A stretch of DNA of 60,257 nucleotides from Octopus bimaculoides (Eukaryota). This document shows, in pieces, positions 51,712-60,257 of this stretch (position 1 is the stretch's first letter; every line of letters begins with the position of its first letter). Both the position numbers and the translations under genes were made by a program. Location of the stretch: assembly GCF_001194135.2 (NCBI RefSeq), contig NC_068994.1, forward strand, positions 30,043,444 through 30,103,700, given 5' to 3'. The notes beneath the pieces are model-generated. The model saw only the letters and a program-made list of their open reading frames with translations, ran no database searches and was not told the origin of the DNA.

Positions 51712-52088
51712 AGGTGCAGGCATGGTTGTGTGGTTGAGAAGCTTGCTTTGCAACTACATGGTTTCAGGTTCAGTCCCAGTGTGGCACCTTGGGTGAGTCT
51801 TCTACTGAAACTTCAGAGTGGTCAGAGCCTTGTGAGTGAATCAGGTAGATGGAAACTGTGGAAACCTGTTGTGTGTGTGTGTCTGTGTGTGCTTATGTTT
51901 ATCTCTCACCATCGCTTGGCAACTAGTGTTGGTTTGCCTATGTGCTTATAACTTAGTGGTTTGGCAAAAGGGAACAATAGAATAAATATTAGACTTAATA
52001 ATAAGTAATGGCATCAATATGTTTGACTAAACCCTTCAAACCAGTTCCCTACTTGGCTGTAGACCAATAACTGAAACAAGTAAAAGAT
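51712..52088 (+). mobile_element. SINE family 1, full length
   Basis: Colinear with 24221-24598; A-box-like tgtgtggttgag and B-box-like ggttcagtccc. Confidence 0.8.
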
Positions 52089-52359
52089 ACATGAGAGATA
52101 TGAGTTGTACTTTTGTTTTTAGTCTTAAATCCACTTTATTCAAGTAGACCTATGATTAAAGGCATTCTAGCCATAACCATTACATCTGATTTTTTAGCCA
52201 CAGGCCATCTTCTAGTAGGCTGAGCAACACATAGACATTTACCTGGTCAGTCTTTCTACTCATGACTCTCTGATCATTTTATCTGTTTCTCTGCAGATTC
52301 ATCAACACAGCCACTCTGTTACAATGTCTAAATCAAAAACATGTTTAAAATATCTGGAC

Positions 52360-52873
52360 ACTAAACTCCACTTGCGAAGACCTGTTGAGGCAAGTGAAAT
52401 CGAAATCGAATTAAATTTGATGACTGGCACCCATGCCAACGTCGTCTCCTTCATTGGAAACGAAACTCTGCTTGCGAAGACCTATTGGGGCAAGCGAAAG
52501 TGAAACCGTCAATGGCACCTGTGCCCAGCATCGCCTTCCTGGCACTTGTGCTAGATGGCACATGTAAAGACATTCGAGTGAGATAGTTGCCAGTGCCACC
52601 GAACTGGCTTCTGTGCAGGTGGCATGTAAAATACACCATTTCGAGCGTGGCCGTTGCCAGTACCGCCTGACTCGCCTTCGTGCCGGTGGCACGTAAAAGC
52701 ACCTACTACACTCTTGGAGTGGTTGGCGTTAGGAAGGGCATCCAGCTGTAGAAACTCTGCCAAATCAGATTGGAGCCTGGTGTAGCCATCTGGTTTCACC
52801 AGTCCTCAGTCAAATCGTCCAACCCATGCTAGCATGGAAAGCGGACATTAAACGACGATGATGATGATGATGA
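52360..52873 (+). mobile_element. RTE-type 3' UTR fragment with tandem subrepeats and (GAT)n tail
   Basis: The last ~200 bp are near-identical to 33570-33754. Upstream are repeated ttgccagt..gtgc.ggtggca.gtaaaa units and two cttgcgaagacc..ggcaag units. Confidence 0.8.
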
Positions 52874-53335
52874 GGTGTTACATTACTGTTGTGATTGGAG
52901 AGTTTTCAACTAGTGTCAAATCTAACATGCAGTGATCCATATACAGAAAGGTCACATCAGCTGTTGGTTAATGAGTTCTTAGAAACCAGTGAGGAAGCCT
53001 CTAAGTGGTTGCTTGACATATTAGAAAAAAAACAATCAAATCCCTCTCAAAACTCCACATTTTACCATCCTGCAATAAAAACAAAAACCAGAGCCATTAC
53101 TTGCAAATGAGTATGATTTAGCATTATATACCATACTAAGGCAGCAAGCTCACCTGGAAAAATTGAGCAGTACTTGTAATTCAAAGGTCTAGCTTTGTTA
53201 CATTCTGTGTCACGCTGAATCTTCCTGAGAACTATGTCAAAGGTGTGCATGTCTGTGGAGTGCTCAGCCACTTGCATGTTAATTTCACAAGCAGGTTTTT
53301 CCACTGATTAGATCAATTGGAACCATCATCATCAT

Positions 53336-53461
53336 CGTCGTTTAACGTCCGCTTTCCATGCTAGCATGGGTTGGACGATTTGACTGAGGACTGGTGGACC
53401 AGGAGGCGACACCAGGCTCCAATCTGATTTGGCAGAGTTTCTACAGCTGGATGCCCTTCCT
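53336..53461 (-). mobile_element. Short RTE 3' tail inserted into a SINE with a 15-bp TSD
   Basis: Reverse complement of the 52740-52865 tail, flanked by aaccatcatcatcat at 53321-53335 and 53462-53476. Confidence 0.8.
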
Positions 53462-54756
53462 AACCATCATCATCATAACTGATGGAATGCAAAAAAAAAA
53501 AAAGACAGTGGTGAGCTGGTAGAGTCATTAGCATCATTTCTTTAGGCTTTACATGCTGGTTTCAAATGCCACTGAGGTAAAGTTTGCTTTTCATCCTTTC
53601 AGGATCAATAAAATAAAGTACTAGCAATTATAAAGAATTATTACAGGTAAAGAACTAGCAGAATCATTAGCTCAACAGACAAAAATGCTTAAGCAACATT
53701 TCATCCATCTTTATGTTCTGAGTTCAAAATCTGCCAAGGTCAACTTTGCCTTTTATCCTTTCAGGTTGATGAAATATGTATGAGGTAAGCACTGAGGTCA
53801 ATGTATCAATCAATTAAGCAACCCCAACCCTCAACATTTCAGGTCAATAGTTAAAAGGAGTATTATACACCATGCTAATTGTTCTGTGTAAGTAAATGTC
53901 AACGTGCTCGTAGTTCTCCTACTTTGGACACACTGAAAGAGCCAGGATGTGCCAGCTGGAAGAAGATAGGGCTGCACCAGTACTGAGTTGGTATTCATCT
54001 TCAGTTAAGTGCCTTGCTCAAGGAGACAGTACACAACTAGGTCCAGGAATTGAGCCCACAACCTTATGAATGTGAGCCTAACATTGTAACCACTAGGCCA
54101 CATACCTAGTGCATTATACTGGAATAACTGTCTATTAATGAGGTAAAGAGGTCATGAATGGAATATTTTGATTAGAATGTACTAAAAACAACAACAGCAA
54201 AAATGGCATCAATAATCTACTGTTAAGAACTGAAAGCAGAGTAAGTTTAACACAAAACACAGTTATGATAAATGAAACAAGAGTTTTATTTTTCAACTGT
54301 AGTCTTATACAGCAGTAAAAGGGGTTAAAACAACAGGGGGTGGGGTGATTGGGCAGGGGTAGGGTTGGGGTGAGAAATAAATATATTTTTTATAAATATT
54401 GTTTTTTTTTGCTTTGTTCTTTTTTTTAAATTTTCGTTAACAAACTTTTGATCCCTGCTCTCAACATTTGAGAAGGAATCAGTAGAACAAACACAACAAA
54501 AACAACCAGTCTAAAAGATTAAAATTTTGACCATATTTGGTAAATGAAACAACAATAACAGCAACAACAACAGCAACAACAGATGTGAACACCAGAAAAC
54601 ATGGTATTTGAACATCTGGAATAAACAACTGACACCAGAAATTACAACATAAACCAATGATTCAGTGTATGGTGCCACCAAAAAAAAAAATAATAAATAA
54701 ACGACCACCCTTCTTTTAATGCCCCCTGCTTCATTTCTTGGGGGTAAGGGAGCATT

Positions 54757-56382
54757 TTATAAAGTCTTGTTTGCTTCAGCAATGTTCTTCGTAGCAACAG
54801 GCTGTGTTGGGCCAATCTGGGTGTTTATTGGGTACATGTGGGTGGCTGCCATTTGAATAGCTGGGAAAATCTGTGAAGTTGATGGAGACATTTGAATAGT
54901 GGGGAATATTTGAGTAATGGGAACACTGGTGATATGATGAAGTTGTTGGTGGCCTGACGCTGCTAACTCTTCAGTGTCTGCAGTTTCAGATGCCAACTCA
55001 GGACCTGGTTGCTGCAAACATGGTGTCAAGTGCTGAGAAATGTTGTTGGCAGTGGTAGTAGTGGTGGTGGTGGGGGTAGTAGTGGTGGTGTTTGCAATGA
55101 TGTTTGGGTCAAAGCTCTCCGAACAAGAAATGTCCGTAGCATTATTGTTACTGTTATTATCAGCTGCTTCTTCATTTGCAATTCTGTTGACATTTTCATC
55201 ATTATTATTTATTTGATCAGTAGAGTCACTCAGATGGTGTTGTAGAAGTTCTTGTGATCCACAACCGACAGAGGAACCTTGATAACCTTCCTTGTTATGT
55301 AATGGGACACAGCTGAATTTTCTTTCCCCTTTATTTGGCCGATTGTGTCGAATGAGATGATCATTTCGGGAAAAAGCATAATCACATATGGTGCACCTAT
55401 ATGGCCGCTCTCCAGAATGTATTCGATGATGCACTTTGAGATAAGAACGTCGAGAGAATGCCTTGTTGCACACCTTGCATGAATAGAGTTTCAACCCTTT
55501 GTGTGTGATGATGTGTCGTTTCAGATTGTCCTGACGGGAGAAAGACTTGCCACACAGATGACATCTATAAGGTAACACCGCTGCGTGGATACGCTTGTGG
55601 ATGTTCACATGGGATGTCTGTGAAAAAGCTTTCCAGCAAATATCACAGTTGAAAGGATTGCTGCCAGCCCGCTGTGCAGATCCCTGGCATGACTGAATAC
55701 TCCGATGAGCTTTGCTATTGCTAGTTACATGCTGGTGTTCTTGTGAAGAGAACTGTCCCATTTCACAGCCCATACTACAGTTGTAAGAGTTTTCTGGACA
55801 GGCTTCTTTACAACTTGAGCAATCATTCACTGGGCACCTACAGGCAACAGCATTTGACTGAAAATGATTGTTGTGATTATTGTTGCAGCTATCCATGCAT
55901 TGGCCGTTTGAAGCACTCTGTCCTGACAATTGTTGATTGGCATGTGTATTGAGACAGCTTTTGCTGTTTGTAACAAATTGTTGGTTAGCATGATGAGTCC
56001 GTATGTGTCGGACAAGGTGGTCACTCCGGCTAAAGGCATAGCCACAAATGTTACATTTGAATGGACGTTCTCCACTGTGCGTTCGCCGGTGAACTTTTAG
56101 ATAGGAACTTTGGGCGAAAGACTTGCTGCATATATCACAGTGATACAGCTTTTCACCTTGGTGAATGCGACGGTGGCGTTCTAAGTTGTCATAACGACTG
56201 AACACTTTGCCACATAAATCACAGCTAGAAGGCTTCTGCCTGCTAGAAGAGACATTTGTCAGAGTAGGTGTTTGTGCAATAAGGGTGTTTCCTGTCAGTG
56301 CTAAATTGGCATTTTGGTTAACATTTTTAGCCAAAGTTTGCAAATCTGTACTTATTTCACTAGAACCTACAACATCCACCAT
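54757..56382 (-). CDS. C2H2 zinc-finger transcription factor (ZNF-C): 3+4 fingers split by a Cys-rich spacer; paralogue of ZNF-A
   Basis: 541-aa ORF with seven C2H2-type fingers and SGERP linkers. It shares the RNDHLIRHNRPNKGERKxSCVP and PIxQIFPxIQ motifs with ZNF-A. Confidence 0.95.
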   Translation of the reverse strand: MVDVVGSSEISTDLQTLAKNVNQNANLALTGNTLIAQTPTLTNVSSSRQKPSSCDLCGKVFSRYDNLERHRRIHQGEKLYHCDICSKSFAQSSYLKVHRRTHSGERPFKCNICGYAFSRSDHLVRHIRTHHANQQFVTNSKSCLNTHANQQLSGQSASNGQCMDSCNNNHNNHFQSNAVACRCPVNDCSSCKEACPENSYNCSMGCEMGQFSSQEHQHVTSNSKAHRSIQSCQGSAQRAGSNPFNCDICWKAFSQTSHVNIHKRIHAAVLPYRCHLCGKSFSRQDNLKRHIITHKGLKLYSCKVCNKAFSRRSYLKVHHRIHSGERPYRCTICDYAFSRNDHLIRHNRPNKGERKFSCVPLHNKEGYQGSSVGCGSQELLQHHLSDSTDQINNNDENVNRIANEEAADNNSNNNATDISCSESFDPNIIANTTTTTPTTTTTTTANNISQHLTPCLQQPGPELASETADTEELAASGHQQLHHITSVPITQIFPTIQMSPSTSQIFPAIQMAATHMYPINTQIGPTQPVATKNIAEANKTL

Positions 56383-57469
56383 TTTATAATAATTTATATT
56401 TTTGGCAACAATTGCAGCTTTTTTAATAAAAAAATTAAATAATTCTCTGCCCTATTTTTTCTAATTTTCTTATGTGACATTCAGAATCTAACCATTCCTC
56501 TCAAATAATTCCATGACCTCAAATGTCCAGAAAAGTCTTTAGAATTTTACTTAATACAGGTTAGTTCATGAACATAACAATTTGTTCAGTAGATATAACA
56601 TTCCAGCATACTATATCAATGATGCCAACAGATTTCCAATTCATAAATAAATACATTATTATTGATGTTATTTTTAACAAAGGCAGATGCTAAAACTAAA
56701 TTTTTTTCTTCTTTTTCTTTTTTGATTTAGAATTAGCATAGCAAAACAAAGACTAGTTGAATACTGACATATAGCCCAAATACCTTGTATAGAGGTATCA
56801 GAAGAAATAACAATTACACGCTTTTTGAAGGATATTTTTAAATAACCCTTCTACCTCATTTAAAAGAAACAAGATGAAAACAATAATATGTAATAAATAC
56901 AGTTGTCATGGCAGTTTCAGTAACTCTTCTATTTTATCTTTAAATGTCATTAAACAGCAAATTATATGGAAGCTGATAAAATTATAGGAGATTCAGTTGG
57001 TAGAAATAAATATTTTCTTGAGGTAAGAAATGGTGGGTGAGATGGACAGGAAGTTGGGGGAATATGGCAGTGATAGAGACAGCTGTCAAGTCTGTAAGTC
57101 TGATATTCCAATGAGATGTTTCTGAAAGGAAATTTTTAGAAAAAATATAAATCAGTTAACGTAAATAATCATTAAGAGCAAATAATTATTTGAAAATGAT
57201 TACTTGTCAATAATTTAAAGTACTAACTACTCATTATGCACTTATTTGTTGTATTTTAGGGATGAGGAGCAAAGTTTATAAATATCAACTTGTTAACAAA
57301 TGAACTCCACACATTCAATATATCAGAAGAAAGTATTTAATGTGTTTCAATATTCATTGAATCCAATCTGGAATAATCAGGAATTAGTTTCATGCCTTTA
57401 GTCTTTAATATTACAAATTCTTCCAAGAACCATTCTAACTAGAATACATTTTCTCCAAAAAGGGTTATC

Positions 57470-57492
57470 ATCATCATCAGCAGCAGCATCAC

Positions 57493-57542
<50 letters not shown>

Positions 57543-57574
57543 GCATCACCATCATCATCATCATCATCATCATT
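57470..57574. repeat. (CAT)n microsatellite
   Basis: Long CAT run with CAG/CAC interruptions; others at about 42060-42120 and 51175-51325. Confidence 0.95.
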
Positions 57575-57720
57575 ATTTTGTAGGCTAGTTGCATTGCTTC
57601 ATAACTAGAGCCTCTTTTTGAAGCCTGACAAAGTTCTAAGATTACATGCTTGTTGAGGTCTTTCCCTGACATTCTTTTACTCATACAGACACACATACAA
57701 ACACACACACACACATACAT

Positions 57721-58110
57721 CACAGGAGTGACTGTGTGGTAAGAAGTTTGCTACCCCATCACATGGTTCTGGGTTCAGTCCCACTGCGTGGCATCTTGAG
57801 CAAATGTTTTCTAACATAGCTTTGGACTGACCAAAGCCTTGTGAGAGGATTTGTTAAACAGAAAATAAAAGAAGCCCATCATATGTGTGTGTGTGTGTGT
57901 GTCGGTGTTTATCCATCCCCTTGACATGGCTTGATAGCTGGTGTGTTTATGTCCCCACAACTTAACAGTTTCACAAAAGAGACTGATAGAATAAGTACCA
58001 GGCTTATAAAAAAAAAGTACTGGGGTCAAATCATTTGACTAAAATTCCTGTCAGTGGTCCCTCAGCATGGCCACAGGCTAACGACTGAAACAAATAATGG
58101 AAATAAAGAA
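57721..58110 (+). mobile_element. SINE family 1, full length
   Basis: Colinear with 24221-24598. Partial copies also lie at about 10480-10680 (-), 18880-19010 (-), 19300-19445 (-), 29700-29810 (+), 31510-31700 (-), 46510-46600 (-), 58225-58380 (+) and 59610-59710 (+). Confidence 0.78.
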
Positions 58111-58145
58111 AGGATGGTGGGAAGGAAGGAAAGAAGTTAGGAAGG

Positions 58146-58199
<54 letters not shown>
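58146..58199. repeat. (GATA)n microsatellite
   Basis: Pure TAGA run; a (TATG)n tract lies at about 60014-60098. Confidence 0.95.
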
Positions 58200-58691
58200 C
58201 TGATATAGAGAGACAGGTGCAGATATAGTTGTGTGGTTAAGAAATTTACTTTGCAGCCAGATGGTTTTGGAGTTTGATCCCACTGCACAGCACCTTGGGT
58301 AAGTCTATTCTACTAGAGTTCTGCTCTGATCAATGCTTTGTAAGGGAATTTGATATCCAAACCCTGCAGGAAGCCAACTGCATATATTTTTATTGTATTC
58401 ATATAACATTGTTCGTTTTTTTACCTCCTTGTTTTTGGATACATTTGCTGCTTTCTTCCAAGGAATCTAATGCTCTTAGCTTAGTTTTTCCTTGGGGCTG
58501 GCCAGATTGGAGCAATCTCAAGTATAACCAGCCGAAATTGCAAAGATAATCTGGAACTTGATTGAGGAAAGAAAACTCCGAATGACCTGTCCTTGTTTTC
58601 TTTGTATCGTCTATCTGGATGTTTTGTTGTCCCTTTCTTGTATCACCTAACTGTCTGGATATTTTGCATTCTTGTCCCATTTTGTATTATT

Positions 58692-58729
<38 letters not shown>

Positions 58730-59373
58730 TATAAAAGTGTATAAAATGATTTTATACACAAAGAGGGGACCATTGACAAGACCCCTTACATACTAAAAAG
58801 GCTAGTTAAAACCTAAACCACGAAAAAAAGAATTCATGAAGCATGCTGTTATAACACAAGAAGGAACAAAAAATGAATTAGTTAATCCCGGACTCGAGTT
58901 TTGCCATTAACTGCCAAATAAACTAATTTGGGATCTGTGACTCATCAGTGAGATCGCTAATTAATGAATAATTATGTAGTCGCAAATATGTGCTGAAAAC
59001 ACATGCACAAGACTTCTACATCTTTATCCATTATGGATCCGAACTTAGTGTCTGAACGTAAATATACAGTCCAGCAGTAAATAAATAAATAAATAAATTT
59101 AAAACTGTGTCCTACACAGTCTCTGGATTATAAGTATTACTATCGTAAATATGAAGGTAATAAATTAAAATAATTTATTGCCAGTGGTTAGCATGCATAA
59201 ATAAAAATCATAAGACATAACATATTTTTGAAATATAAAAGTGTATAAAATGTTTTTATACACAAAGAGGGGACCATTGACAGGACCCCTTACATGCTAA
59301 AAAGGCCAGTTAAAATTTAAATCACGAAAAAAGAGAGTTCATGAGGCATGCTGTTATAACACAAGAATGAACA
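58730..59373 (+). repeat. Pair of ~140-bp direct repeats, 504-bp period
   Basis: tataaaagtgtataaaatg..gctgttataacacaagaa.gaaca at 58730-58868 and 59234-59373, roughly 90% identical by eye. Confidence 0.9.
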
Positions 59374-60012
59374 TATATATATGTTTAGGGGCCAGTGATA
59401 TGTTAAAAGCTCCTGAGCTGGTGACACATAAAGACACCCAGCATACTGTGGAATGGTTGGTGTTAGGAAAGGCATCCAGCTGTAGAAGCTAAGCCAAAAC
59501 AGACTCGAGCCCAGTGCAGCTCTCCAGCTTACCAGCTTACCAGCTCCAGTTAAGCAGTCTTACCCATGCCAGCATGGAAAATGGACACTAAATGATGATG
59601 ATGATATGGCATTTTGGGAAGTTTCTTCTACTATAGTCCCAAGCAGACACAAAGCCCTATGAGTAGATTTGGTAAATGGAAACTGAAAGAAGCCCATTGC
59701 ATGTATGTATGTTTTCCTTTGAGTTCTTCCCAAAAGAGTTCAAGCCAGTTACAAACAAAGCAACAAGACTTTTTTAATTAAGAGAGTTCCAGGTGTTTAT
59801 AAATATGTGTTTGGGTTGGTGTGTTGGTTGAATTGTCGATGCATACACCCAAGTGTGTGCATCTATTCACATAAGAATCTCAGATGAAGAGTTTTCAGAA
59901 CGTCTTACAAATCTTTAGTGTACCACTTGAAGAATCTTCTTTTGCTCTTGTTCTGTATTTCTAAGTTTTTGAGCATATGATGATAGGTACAAATAGAGAA
60001 TTCATAGTCAGG

Positions 60013-60043
<31 letters not shown>

Positions 60044-60063
60044 TGTATGTATGTGTGTGTGTG

Positions 60064-60095
<32 letters not shown>

Positions 60096-60211
60096 TGTGA
60101 CATGCTTCAACAAATCTTAGGAGAAGGTCACTCTGATATAAAACCAGGTGTCTTGGGGAAATTTCGAACCTGGGTTCTCATTCCTAAGGTCTTTTTTGAT
60201 GTTACTATTAC

Positions 60212-60252
<41 letters not shown>

Positions 60253-60257
60253 TCACT

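Noticed and set aside
1-60257. CRISPR arrays, rRNA or prokaryotic operons
   Set aside because: No regularly spaced repeat-spacer array or rRNA-like sequence was seen; the DNA is eukaryotic in character.

Overview
AT-rich eukaryotic genomic DNA from a gapped draft assembly, rich in microsatellites and repeats. It is most likely a coleoid cephalopod (Octopus-like), inferred from the SINE families recognised from memory and the clustered C2H2 zinc-finger genes; no database search was run. Only three host protein-coding ORFs are supported, all C2H2 zinc-finger (ZNF) transcription-factor genes with uninterrupted ORFs: ZNF-A (15835-17190, -, 6 fingers), ZNF-B (40798-41778, +, 7 fingers) and ZNF-C (54757-56382, -, 7 fingers). 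ZNF-A and ZNF-C are paralogues that share an unusual degenerate last finger and a C-terminal QIFP motif. The rest is transposon-derived: three tRNA-type SINE families, RTE LINE fragments, a Penelope-like retroelement with an inverted terminal segment, decayed mariner (DD37D-type) and hAT transposases, a local cluster of piggyBac-type MITEs, and several fold-back elements. One fold-back element carries a perfect telomeric-repeat palindrome at its centre. No rRNA, true tRNA gene or CRISPR array is supported. Repeat boundaries were read by eye and are approximate (about +/-10-20 bp) unless a target-site duplication (TSD) is given.
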